A DNA stretch of 64,000 bases from Fimbriimonadia bacterium (GTDB lineage Bacteria; Armatimonadota; Fimbriimonadia; Fimbriimonadales; JABRVX01): the NCBI GenBank assembly GCA_041483895.1, contig JBGPGO010000001.1:96001-160000 (forward strand), written 5' to 3'. The first letter of the stretch is position 1, and each line of letters begins with the position of its first letter. Below the pieces are notes generated by a model that searched no databases, was not told the DNA's origin, and was given only the letters and a program-made list of their open reading frames with translations. The position numbers were made by a program, and so were the translations under genes. Shown piece by piece: positions 55,795-64,000 of this stretch.

Positions 55795-55961
55795 TGGTCC
55801 CAAAGAGAATTGCTCCTTGTGCCCTGAAGGCTTACTGTCCCGCAGTGACAGAACGCCGCCCTCCAGGCAAATCGGCCCCCGTATGACCAAAACCGCGCGT
55901 TCCAGACGTATTTATCTCTAGTCGATCTGCCCAAAATCTAACTATGGGCTGCAGGTTTGCG

Positions 55962-56092
55962 CCCTTCACAGTACGACTGTGAAGGGATAATCTCGCCGGG
56001 CCGGATTGGTATCAAAGGTTGCCGCCCTTCACAATAGGGATTGTGAAGGGAGAATGAACGGTTTCGGTCCTTCACAGTGCGACTGTGAAGGG
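55962..56092. repeat. Three copies of the CCCTTCACAGT palindrome upstream of dxs
   Basis: 55962-55986, 56025-56050 (compensatory variant) and 56069-56092. Confidence 0.9.
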
Positions 56093-56142
56093 ATAAAGCC
56101 TATCGGGGTAGACTCCCCACTGCGACGGAAGAGAGGTGGCGG

Positions 56143-58062
56143 TTGGAACGCCTTCTAGAGGGTATTCGGGGTCCCGCGGACCTCAAACAGCTCAATCGGG
56201 ACGAGCTCAAACAGCTCGCGTCGGAGGTCCGGCAGGCCCTCATCGACAACATCTCCCAGACCGGCGGGCACTTCTCCAGCAACCTCGGCACGGTCGAGTT
56301 GACGGTCGCCATGTACGCCACGTACGATTTTCCCCCGGACAAGTTCATTTGGGACGTTGGCCACCAGGCCTACCCGCACAAAATGCTGACCGGCCGCCTT
56401 AAGCAGTTCCCCGGCCTGCGGCAATATGGCGGCATCAGCGGCTTTTTGCGGCGCGAAGAAAGCCCCTATGATCTGTTCGGCGCGGGCCATGCGGGCACGG
56501 CCATCTCCGCCGCCCTTGGGTTTGCCGTCGCACGTGACAGGCTTGGAACCAAGGAGCGGGTCGTCGCGATTGCCGGCGACGCCGCCCTCACCGCCGGGCT
56601 GTCGTTTGAGGCTTTGAACAACGCCGCCGAACTCAAGACCGACATCACCGTCGTACTGAACGACAATAAAATGAGCATCGCGGAGAACGTCGGCGCGCTT
56701 TGCACCCACCTCGCCCGCCTTCGCTCCCGGACGTGGTTCCAGGACCTGGAGGACCGCGCGAAGGCCGCCATCGAGCGGCTGGGCCAGCCCATCGCTCGTG
56801 CCGCCGCCGGTATTCATCATGCCGTCACCCACTATGTCGCGCCGGAATATACGGGCGCAATTTTCGAGGAGATGGGGTTTCAGTACATCGGCCCCATCGA
56901 CGGGCATGATATGGACGTGCTGCTCGATATTTTCGAACACGCCAAGAACCTGAAAGGCCCAATATTTATTCACGCGCTGACCGTGAAGGGCAAGGGATAT
57001 GACTTTGCCGAAGACGATTCCCGCAAGTGGCACGGGGTCACCAAGTTCGAAGCCGGCGACGGCAAACTTGAGAAAGGCTCCGGCGGGGAGAGCTACACGT
57101 CGGCATTCGGCGATGAGATGATCAAGCAGGCCAAGCGGGACCCGAAGGTGGTCGCCATTACGGCGGCAATGCCCGATGGCACCGGCCTGACCAAGTTCTC
57201 AAAGGAACTGCCCGATCGCTACTTCGATGTCGCCATCGCGGAGCAGCACGCGGTCTGCTGGGCGGCGGGGCTGGCGGCGGGCGGCCTGAAGCCGATCTGC
57301 GCCATCTATTCCACTTTTTTGCAGCGCGCCTTCGACCAGCTTGTCCACGATGTCTGCCTGCAAAACCTGCCCGTCCGGTTCATGATGGACCGGGGCGGTT
57401 TGGTGGGCGCGGACGGACACACCCATCACGGTATGTTCGACCTATCCTATCTGGGTCTGCTCCCGAATATGGTGGTGATGGCCCCGCGCGATATCGCCGA
57501 ACTGCGCATGATGATTGAGTGTTCTGTGGACTATGACGAACATCCCATCGCCTGCCGCTATCCGCGCGGAGGGGATCCGGATGTTGGCATGCCCACGGAG
57601 CATGCGCCGATTGAGGTTGGAAGGGCCGAGGTTCTTCAGGACGGAACGGATATCACGCTCATTGGTCTTGGGACCACGGTCGCGACGGTATGGCAGGCCG
57701 CCCAACAGCTCGCCGATCGCGAAGTCTCGGCTGCCGTCATCAACGCCCGCTTCGCAAAGCCAATCGACGAGGAGACCATCCTTCGCTATGCCAAGAAGAC
57801 CGGGCGACTCGTTGTCGTTGAGGAAAACGTCTGCAGGGGCGGTTTTGGAGAGACGATCAAGACGGCTTTGGCGAATGCGGAACTAGCGCCGCACATTCGC
57901 CACCTGAGCCTTCCGGATCGGTACATCACGCACGGGTCTCAGTCGGAGCTGCTCAAAGAGGTGGGCCTCACCGTCGCCGATGTGGTCAAAGCGGCGTCCG
58001 AGCTTCTGTTCGGGCAGGCCGCCGCGCCGGTCGAGGTCAAAGAGGCGGCAAAGGTCCGGTAG
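56143..58062 (+). CDS. dxs: 1-deoxy-D-xylulose-5-phosphate synthase
   Basis: 'GGHFSSNLG', 'WDVGHQAYPHK', 'IAEQHAV', 'YSTFLQRAFDQ', 'RYPRG'. Confidence 0.98.
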   Translation: MERLLEGIRGPADLKQLNRDELKQLASEVRQALIDNISQTGGHFSSNLGTVELTVAMYATYDFPPDKFIWDVGHQAYPHKMLTGRLKQFPGLRQYGGISGFLRREESPYDLFGAGHAGTAISAALGFAVARDRLGTKERVVAIAGDAALTAGLSFEALNNAAELKTDITVVLNDNKMSIAENVGALCTHLARLRSRTWFQDLEDRAKAAIERLGQPIARAAAGIHHAVTHYVAPEYTGAIFEEMGFQYIGPIDGHDMDVLLDIFEHAKNLKGPIFIHALTVKGKGYDFAEDDSRKWHGVTKFEAGDGKLEKGSGGESYTSAFGDEMIKQAKRDPKVVAITAAMPDGTGLTKFSKELPDRYFDVAIAEQHAVCWAAGLAAGGLKPICAIYSTFLQRAFDQLVHDVCLQNLPVRFMMDRGGLVGADGHTHHGMFDLSYLGLLPNMVVMAPRDIAELRMMIECSVDYDEHPIACRYPRGGDPDVGMPTEHAPIEVGRAEVLQDGTDITLIGLGTTVATVWQAAQQLADREVSAAVINARFAKPIDEETILRYAKKTGRLVVVEENVCRGGFGETIKTALANAELAPHIRHLSLPDRYITHGSQSELLKEVGLTVADVVKAASELLFGQAAAPVEVKEAAKVR

Positions 58063-58066
58063 CGCG

Positions 58067-58435
58067 ATGGCCGAGGTCGTCCTGATCTACGACGACAAGT
58101 GCGGCCTGTGCAGAGGCTCCGTCGAGCGAATTCGCCGTTCCAGCAGCACGGATGCCTTCGAGTTCTTGCCGTGCGAATCAGCGGAGCGGGAACGGAGGTT
58201 CCCTCATATCCCTACCGAGCAGTGCCTGCAAGCCATGCAGCTCGTTCTCCCTTCGGGTCAGGTCCTTGCGGGTGTTGACGCCGGGCCAGAGATCATGAAA
58301 CGCATGCGCCGCTATCGTTGGCTCGGGCCGTTGCTGGGCATTCCCCTGGTTCGGTACGCGCTCCGTCCTGTCTATCGATTTGTCGCCGACCATCGCTTGC
58401 GATGCGACGACGACACATGTCGGGCACGTCCCTAA
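58067..58435 (+). CDS. DCC1-like thiol-disulfide oxidoreductase (DUF393)
   Basis: 'LIYDDKCGLC' (DxxCxxC), 'YRFVADHR'; ATG 58067. Confidence 0.88.
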   Translation: MAEVVLIYDDKCGLCRGSVERIRRSSSTDAFEFLPCESAERERRFPHIPTEQCLQAMQLVLPSGQVLAGVDAGPEIMKRMRRYRWLGPLLGIPLVRYALRPVYRFVADHRLRCDDDTCRARP

Positions 58436-58448
58436 CAAACACAGTTTG

Positions 58449-58470
58449 CTAATCAATTCCTAACAATCCC
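58449..58470 (+). promoter_or_regulatory. Possible Pho-box-like direct repeats
   Basis: CTAATC (58449) and CTAACA (58460) with 11-bp period upstream of pstS; another CTAACA at 58432. Confidence 0.4.
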
Positions 58471-58522
58471 GAATTAGACTGGCATTGGAAAACAACTGAG
58501 CAAAAAGGAAGGTACGTGCAAG

Positions 58523-59536
58523 ATGTCCATGACGAAGAGACTTGCGGGAATAGTTGGCGTTGCGCTGCCGGCGGCGATCGCGATGTCCGGGTGCGGCGGC
58601 GATAAGGCCAACCCAAACGGGGGCCAGGCCACTTCGATCGAGGTCAAGATCGACGGCTCCAGCACCGTCGCGCCGATTTCCCAAGCGATGGCCGAAGAGT
58701 TCCAGAATGAAAACAAGGAAATTCATGTGACAGTCGCTATCTCCGGCACCGGCGGCGGGTTCAAGAAATTTGTGATTGGCGAAACTGACATCAGCGATGC
58801 CTCTCGGCCAATCAAGCAAGAAGAGCAGGACACGGCGAAGTCTAATGGAATTGAATTCATTGAGCTGCCGGTCGGGTACGACGGCCTCTCCGTTGTTGTA
58901 AATCCTCAAAACGATTGGGTGGATCACTTGACGATTGATGAGCTGAAGAAGATGTGGTCCAGCACCAGCACCGTCAAGAACTGGAGCGACGTTCGACCGA
59001 ACTGGCCCAACCGGCCGATCAAGTTTTACAGCCCGACGACAAACAACGGCACCTTCGACTACTTCACAGAAGCCGTCAATGGCAAGGAGAAGGACCAGCG
59101 CCAGGATGTCAGCATGAGCCAGCCAACTACGATGGTCCGCGGCATCGCCGGCGATAAGGACGCGATCGGCTACTTCGGCTATGCCTACTATGCAAACAAC
59201 AAGAGCCAGCTCAAAATCGTCCCGGTTGACAGTGGAACCGGTCCCCAGATTCCGACGGAAGACGGCATCCGCACCGGCACCTACAAGCCTCTGTCCAGGC
59301 CTCTCTTCATCTACGTGAACAAGAAGTCGGTTGCGAAACCGGAGGTCAAGAAGTTTGTGGACTACTACCTGGCGAACGCGGCGAAGATCGTTCCTTCTAC
59401 TTTCTATGTTGCGCTGCCGGATAACGCGTACGAGATGGTGACGAAGCGGTGGACCGAAATGACGACGGGTACTATGTTCCACGGTACGGAAGTAGGTATC
59501 ACGGTCGAGGAGCTATTGTCGAGGGAAGCGAAGTAG
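58523..59536 (+). CDS. pstS: Phosphate ABC transporter substrate-binding lipoprotein
   Basis: Lipobox 'MSGC', 'IDGSSTV', 'SGTGGGF', 'ASRPIK', 'LSRPLFIY'. Confidence 0.96.
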   Translation: MSMTKRLAGIVGVALPAAIAMSGCGGDKANPNGGQATSIEVKIDGSSTVAPISQAMAEEFQNENKEIHVTVAISGTGGGFKKFVIGETDISDASRPIKQEEQDTAKSNGIEFIELPVGYDGLSVVVNPQNDWVDHLTIDELKKMWSSTSTVKNWSDVRPNWPNRPIKFYSPTTNNGTFDYFTEAVNGKEKDQRQDVSMSQPTTMVRGIAGDKDAIGYFGYAYYANNKSQLKIVPVDSGTGPQIPTEDGIRTGTYKPLSRPLFIYVNKKSVAKPEVKKFVDYYLANAAKIVPSTFYVALPDNAYEMVTKRWTEMTTGTMFHGTEVGITVEELLSREAK

Positions 59537-59540
59537 AGAT

Positions 59541-60467
59541 TTGAGCGCCGTCGCAGGACATTCTTCGCAGACGCCGTCCTTGTCGCAGAGAAAACTGCGT
59601 TGGGGGGAATGGCTCCTTCAAAAGGGAATCTTCCTCGCCGCGCTGGTTTCTGTTGTGACAACGGCGGGGATTGTCTACGTGCTTGTCACGGAAGCGGCGA
59701 CCTTCTTTCAGCATTACTCACTGTTTCGCTTTCTATTCGGAACAAAATGGTCGTCGCTTGCTCCGCCCAGCTACGGAGTTCTGCCCCTGCTATGTGGGAC
59801 GCTGCTGGTGACCGTCGGGGCCGCCATCGTCGCGATTCCCATCGGGTTGGGCAGCGCCATCTTCATGAGCGAATACGCGACGCCGCGGATACGCTCGATA
59901 GTCAAACCGGTATTGGAGGTTTTGGCAGGCATCCCGAGCATCGTGTACGGCTTCTTTGCGCTAACCAGCGTAACGCCGCTCTTGAAGCACTTCCTGCCAC
60001 AGACGCAGACGTTCAACGCCGCTAGCGCTGCGATTGTGGTCGGAATCATGGTGTTGCCTATGGTGGCGTCCTTGTGCGACGACGCGTTGCGCGCGGTCCC
60101 CAATTCCTTGCGCTATGCCGGGCTTGCGCTTGGGGCGACCAAGTTTGAAGTTTCCGCGAAAGTCGTCGTGCCGGCGGCTCTTTCCGGAATCTTCGCATCG
60201 TTCGTGCTAGCTATCTCCCGCGCGATTGGAGAGACGATGGCGGTGGCGCTTGCCGCGGGGGCGACCCCGAAATTGACACTAAACCCACTGGAAAGCATTC
60301 AAACGATGACGGCCTATATCGTCCAGGCCGCAAACGGGGAAGCGGTGCAGGGTTCCATAGAATATCGGACTATTTTCGCGGTAGGGCTGCTGCTGTTCGT
60401 CTTCACGTTTGGCCTCAATGTGCTGTCGCACCGAGTCCTCCGGAAATACCGCGAGGTCTACGAATGA
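59541..60467 (+). CDS. pstC: Phosphate ABC permease
   Basis: '[12 protein letters not shown]', '[10 protein letters not shown]'; operon position. Confidence 0.95.
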   Translation: MSAVAGHSSQTPSLSQRKLRWGEWLLQKGIFLAALVSVVTTAGIVYVLVTEAATFFQHYSLFRFLFGTKWSSLAPPSYGVLPLLCGTLLVTVGAAIVAIPIGLGSAIFMSEYATPRIRSIVKPVLEVLAGIPSIVYGFFALTSVTPLLKHFLPQTQTFNAASAAIVVGIMVLPMVASLCDDALRAVPNSLRYAGLALGATKFEVSAKVVVPAALSGIFASFVLAISRAIGETMAVALAAGATPKLTLNPLESIQTMTAYIVQAANGEAVQGSIEYRTIFAVGLLLFVFTFGLNVLSHRVLRKYREVYE

Positions 60468-61336
60468 GCGTGCTGCAAACCAGTCCAGGCGTGAATCGGC
60501 GGCGAATCGCGAACCGGATATTCGCGCTGCTATGCATGATGTCTGTCCTGTTCGGTATCGTGCTGCTGTTTTTGATCCTCAAAGAGGTCTGGGATCAGGG
60601 CGCATCAAGCATCTCACACCGTTTTTTCACCGAGCCACCGTCGCGATTTCCGGAAAAGGCGGGTGTGCAGTCCGCCCTGTGGGGATCGGTATGGATCGTC
60701 GGCCTGGTCGCCCTGATATCGCTCCCGGTCGGGGTTGCGGCAGCGGTCTACCTGGAGGAGTATTCCCGAAAGGGCCGCCTCAGCACGTTCATCGAGTTGA
60801 ACATTTCCAATCTTGCCGGCGTGCCTTCCATTGTGTTTGGAATTCTAGGAATGGTGGTGTTCGTGCGGGTATTGGCGCTGGGTCAGAGCGTCCTCGCCGG
60901 CGCGATGACCATGAGCCTCTTGGTTCTCCCAACGGTCATCATCGCAGCCCGCGAAGCGATACGCGCCGTCCCATCATCCATGCGCCACGCCGCGCTCGCC
61001 TTAGGCGCGACCAAATGGCAGACGGTCGCGTCTCATGTGCTTCCGACGGCGCTGCCGGGGATATTGACCGGCGTCATTCTCTCGCTGTCTCGGGCGATCG
61101 GAGAGACGGCTCCCCTGCTGATGGTCGGAGCGGCCGGCTACATCGCTTTCCCGCCCTCCGGTCCGTTGAGCTCATTCACAGTTCTTCCCATTCAGATCTT
61201 CTTTTGGGCCGATCTGCCGAACCCGGGCTATCGCGGACCGGCTGCGGCGGCGATTCTCGTGCTTTTGGCGGTACTTTTGACCATGAATGCCGCAGCGGTG
61301 ATCATTCGGCAGCGCTTCCAGAGGTACAAACCATGA
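60464..61336 (+). CDS. pstA: Phosphate ABC permease
   Basis: '[11 protein letters not shown]', '[10 protein letters not shown]'; ATGA overlaps on both sides. Confidence 0.95.
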   Translation: MSVLQTSPGVNRRRIANRIFALLCMMSVLFGIVLLFLILKEVWDQGASSISHRFFTEPPSRFPEKAGVQSALWGSVWIVGLVALISLPVGVAAAVYLEEYSRKGRLSTFIELNISNLAGVPSIVFGILGMVVFVRVLALGQSVLAGAMTMSLLVLPTVIIAAREAIRAVPSSMRHAALALGATKWQTVASHVLPTALPGILTGVILSLSRAIGETAPLLMVGAAGYIAFPPSGPLSSFTVLPIQIFFWADLPNPGYRGPAAAAILVLLAVLLTMNAAAVIIRQRFQRYKP

Positions 61337-62151
61337 CCGATGTTACCGAGGCTCTCAACGTGACTTATTCCGCGGCGGCACCCACACCGGCTGCGCAAGA
61401 ATCAAGGCCGATCTTGGAAACAAGAGGCTTGACTGTGCGCTATGGAGCATCGGCGGCGGTCAAGAATGTTGCCGTCAAGATCGGCGAGCGCCATATCACG
61501 GCCATCATCGGCCCTTCGGGATGTGGCAAGAGCACCTTAATTCGTGTGTTCAATCGCATGAACGACGTGATTCCGAACGTTCACACGGAGGGGCAGGTGC
61601 TGTACCGCGACCAGGACCTGTACGCGCCCAACGTCGATCCGGTGGAGGTACGGCGTCGGATTGGCATGGTGTTCCAAAAGCCGAATCCGTTTCCAAAATC
61701 GATCTTCGAAAACGTCGCTTGGGGGCCCCGCATAAATGGGTGGAAGGGCAACGTCAAAGAAATGGTGGAGACCTCGTTGCGCAAGGCCGCCCTTTGGAAC
61801 GAGGTGAAAGACAAGCTGAGCGACAATGGCCTGCAGCTTTCCGGCGGCCAGCAGCAGCGGCTATGCATCGCCCGCGCCATCGCCCTGGAACCGGAAGTGA
61901 TTCTGATGGACGAGCCCTGCTCGGCGCTCGATCCCGTGGCAACAGGTAAGATTGAAGAGTTAATATTGGAATTGAAAGAACGTTACACGATAGTTATCGT
62001 TACTCATAATATGCAGCAGGCCGCACGGGTATCGGATTTTACGGCCTTTATGTGTATGGGAGACCTAATCGAATTCGGTCCGACAACGCAGCTATTCACG
62101 AAGCCGGTGCAGAAATCGACCGAAGATTACATAACAGGCCGGTTCGGTTAG
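61333..62151 (+). CDS. pstB: Phosphate ABC ATPase
   Basis: 'GPSGCGKST', 'FQKPNPF', 'LSGGQQQR', 'YITGRFG'; ATG 61333. Confidence 0.97.
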   Translation: MTDVTEALNVTYSAAAPTPAAQESRPILETRGLTVRYGASAAVKNVAVKIGERHITAIIGPSGCGKSTLIRVFNRMNDVIPNVHTEGQVLYRDQDLYAPNVDPVEVRRRIGMVFQKPNPFPKSIFENVAWGPRINGWKGNVKEMVETSLRKAALWNEVKDKLSDNGLQLSGGQQQRLCIARAIALEPEVILMDEPCSALDPVATGKIEELILELKERYTIVIVTHNMQQAARVSDFTAFMCMGDLIEFGPTTQLFTKPVQKSTEDYITGRFG

Positions 62152-62152
62152 A

Positions 62153-62854
62153 ATGGAATTTCACTCGATGCAAAGACACTTGGAACGGGAACTGGAGCAC
62201 GTAAAGAAGATGCTTCTTGGCGTCGCGACCCTGGTCGAAGAGGCAGGGCACATCGCTGTCCAGGCCGTCGTGGAACGGGACGAGACTCTCGCAAATCGAG
62301 TGGTCGATGCTGATGAGCATATCGACGCGAAGGAAGTGGAAGTGGAGGAGGAGTGCCTCAAAATCCTCGCTCTGCACCAGCCGGTAGCCATCGATCTTCG
62401 GTACGTGATCGCCATCCTAAAGATCAACAATGACCTGGAACGCATCGGCGATCTGGCTTCCAAAATCGCCCGGCGCGCAATCTACCTCGCCCGCCACGCC
62501 AAAGTAGATGTTCCAATCGACCTCGCGGCGATGGGCAGGCTTGTCCATCGAATGCTTCGCAACAGTCTGGACGCATTGGTCAATTACGATGCGGAACTCG
62601 CGCGCTCGGTGATCGAGGCCGACGATCAGGTGGACGACTTCAATCGAGCGATGTACGACGTTGTGAAGGAGGCGATCCCGAAGAGTGGGGACAATTACAT
62701 GCAGTACGTTCAGCTACTGTCTCTGTCCCGCGATCTCGAGCGGATTGCCGACCAGGCGAGCAATATCGCGGAGGACGTGATCTACTTGGTGGAGGGTGAG
62801 ATCATCCGGCATCGGCATCACGAGGACTTTTCGCCGGTTTCCGAGAACGTTTAG
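62153..62854 (+). CDS. phoU: Phosphate signalling protein PhoU
   Basis: 'QPVAIDLR', 'DLERIGD', 'LERIAD'. Confidence 0.97.
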   Translation: MEFHSMQRHLERELEHVKKMLLGVATLVEEAGHIAVQAVVERDETLANRVVDADEHIDAKEVEVEEECLKILALHQPVAIDLRYVIAILKINNDLERIGDLASKIARRAIYLARHAKVDVPIDLAAMGRLVHRMLRNSLDALVNYDAELARSVIEADDQVDDFNRAMYDVVKEAIPKSGDNYMQYVQLLSLSRDLERIADQASNIAEDVIYLVEGEIIRHRHHEDFSPVSENV

Positions 62855-63124
62855 TCAGTCTTTTCCCGGCCAATAGGGTTCTGCTCCGTCTCCAAAAAGC
62901 CAGGCGACGAATCCCTTCTGATTTCGCGTGAGCGCGGGGACGAAGTCCGGGTCAAATCCTATCGCGAATTCCGTCTCGAACCAGGTTACGAGTTTGTCAA
63001 AGGGGAAATGCTTGGGCCCAAATATGCGCAGGATCGTCCACTCCTCTTCGGATATTCCCATACCCTTTCTCATTCGCTCTCGCCATTCTTCTTTTGTCGG
63101 TGGCCATTTCCCGGACTCATCCAT
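62855..63124 (-). CDS. Hypothetical protein
   Basis: ORF fills the gap between phoU and the next gene; no recognisable motif. Confidence 0.4.
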   Translation of the reverse strand: MDESGKWPPTKEEWRERMRKGMGISEEEWTILRIFGPKHFPFDKLVTWFETEFAIGFDPDFVPALTRNQKGFVAWLFGDGAEPYWPGKD

Positions 63125-63148
63125 AATGCGAAGGGTACCATGGCTTGC

Positions 63149-63763
63149 ATGAAAGTGGACCCAACTGTATCGCCGCACCCAGCAACCGATGACTCATGCA
63201 AAAAGGAGACCGGCAAGAGCCTACAGGAGTGGTTTGCCGTTTTGGACGAACGCGGCGGGCCATCCGTCGGTCGCCGAGATATTGGCAACTTTTTGTATTT
63301 CGAGTGTAAGAACGGAGAATGGTGGTCGCCAACGATCTACACCGAATATGAGCGCGCACGGGGAGTGACGGATAAGGACGGTCGACCCACCGGATACTCC
63401 ATTTGCGCGACGAAACAGGTGAAAGCGCCCGTAAACGATGTGTATAAGGCGTTCACCGATGCCGGCACGTTGGATAAATGGTTTGGGCCCGGCACGAAGC
63501 TGGACCTCCGGGATGGTGGATCGATGGAGAACGCGGACGGCAACAAGATGGATATTGTGCGCGTGCGGGAGAACAAGGACCTGCGGATGATTTGGCACGG
63601 TTCGGAGCCGTCGCCCGTCGAGGCGATGTTGAAAGGCAGCGGCGGCAAGACCATGATCACGGTGAACCATACTCGTATCCAAGACCGGGCCGAGGCCGAC
63701 GGCATCCGCGCGGCCTGGACGGAGGCGTTGGGGAAACTAAAGACGTTGCTAGAAGATGGCTAG
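63149..63763 (+). CDS. SRPBCC/Aha1-like domain protein with DUF4287-like N-terminus
   Basis: 'ETGKSLQEWFAVLD'; 'VKAPVNDVYKAFTD...KWF', 'WTEALGKLKTLLE'. Confidence 0.8.
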   Translation: MKVDPTVSPHPATDDSCKKETGKSLQEWFAVLDERGGPSVGRRDIGNFLYFECKNGEWWSPTIYTEYERARGVTDKDGRPTGYSICATKQVKAPVNDVYKAFTDAGTLDKWFGPGTKLDLRDGGSMENADGNKMDIVRVRENKDLRMIWHGSEPSPVEAMLKGSGGKTMITVNHTRIQDRAEADGIRAAWTEALGKLKTLLEDG

Positions 63764-63999
63764 GGTTCGATTCGATATTCCCTCTCCGGGGCGGTGTCGA
63801 ACTCGATCAGTCCGTCGGAGAGCTTTCGGATCGGAACCTCTTTGCCATCCACCATAACTCGCACCGGCATAGACGTCCGCAGTCGGCACTTCTGCCCGAG
63901 TTCCGATGAGAGTGTCGCGGAGACCAGTTTGCCGTTCGCCCAATCCATTGACACCTCGAATCCTCCCCTTGCGCGGAGGCCGCTGACCGACCCGGACGG
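63760..63999 (-). CDS. 3' end of a GH95 (alpha-L-fucosidase-like) gene, truncated by window edge
   Basis: Manual translation 'PSGSVSGLRARGGFEVSMDWANGKL' matches the typical GH95 C-terminus. Confidence 0.8.
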   Translation of the reverse strand, partial: PSGSVSGLRARGGFEVSMDWANGKLVSATLSSELGQKCRLRTSMPVRVMVDGKEVPIRKLSDGLIEFDTAPEREYRIEP

Positions 64000-64000
64000 C

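Noticed and set aside
55962..56092. CRISPR array reading of the palindrome triplets (also 38169-38300)
   Set aside because: Only three copies per locus, very uneven spacers (about 18-40 nt), one reversed copy, the whole repeat is palindromic, and no cas genes in the window.
60409..61332. Long N-terminal extension of pstB
   Set aside because: Alternative frame over pstA; the real start is the coupled ATG at 61333.
63764..63773. tRNA T-loop-like GGTTCGATTC
   Set aside because: Inside the GH95 3' end; no cloverleaf can be built.

Overview
GC-rich bacterial chromosomal window, mostly core and envelope genes. Armatimonadota is the likely source; this is inference from the 'LFPVFARAR' prepilin/H-X9-DG protein, the fused solute-binding/permease gene and outer-membrane beta-barrels. 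Main contents in order: 3' part of dnaN; amidase-GerMN-barrel operon; liv-type ABC genes without livF; glycoside hydrolases; a large multidomain glycosyltransferase; UPF0182; rpsF-ssb-rpsR with a probable S6:S18 leader RNA; pgi/pmi; tilS-ftsH; a sugar ABC system; a PaoABC-like Tat-exported molybdoenzyme; a patch of disarmed toxin-antitoxin remnants around a PspA/Vipp1-like gene; a second multidomain glycosyltransferase; tricorn protease; dxs; pstSCAB-phoU; 3' end of a GH95 gene. Top finding: the two ORFs at 54919-55794 are in the same frame, separated only by a TGA in the context E-C-G-[TGA]-G-T-C and followed at once by a SECIS-like hairpin, so they are a candidate exported selenoprotein with a CxU/UxxC motif. 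Also found: several REP-like palindrome families (one with a compensatory base change), small ORFs missed by the track, an S18 with a ~110-aa low-complexity extension, a pseudo-receiver LuxR regulator and a degenerate Doc/Fic protein. No rRNA, tRNA, CRISPR array or intact transposase was seen. All family calls come from motif recognition; no searches were run.
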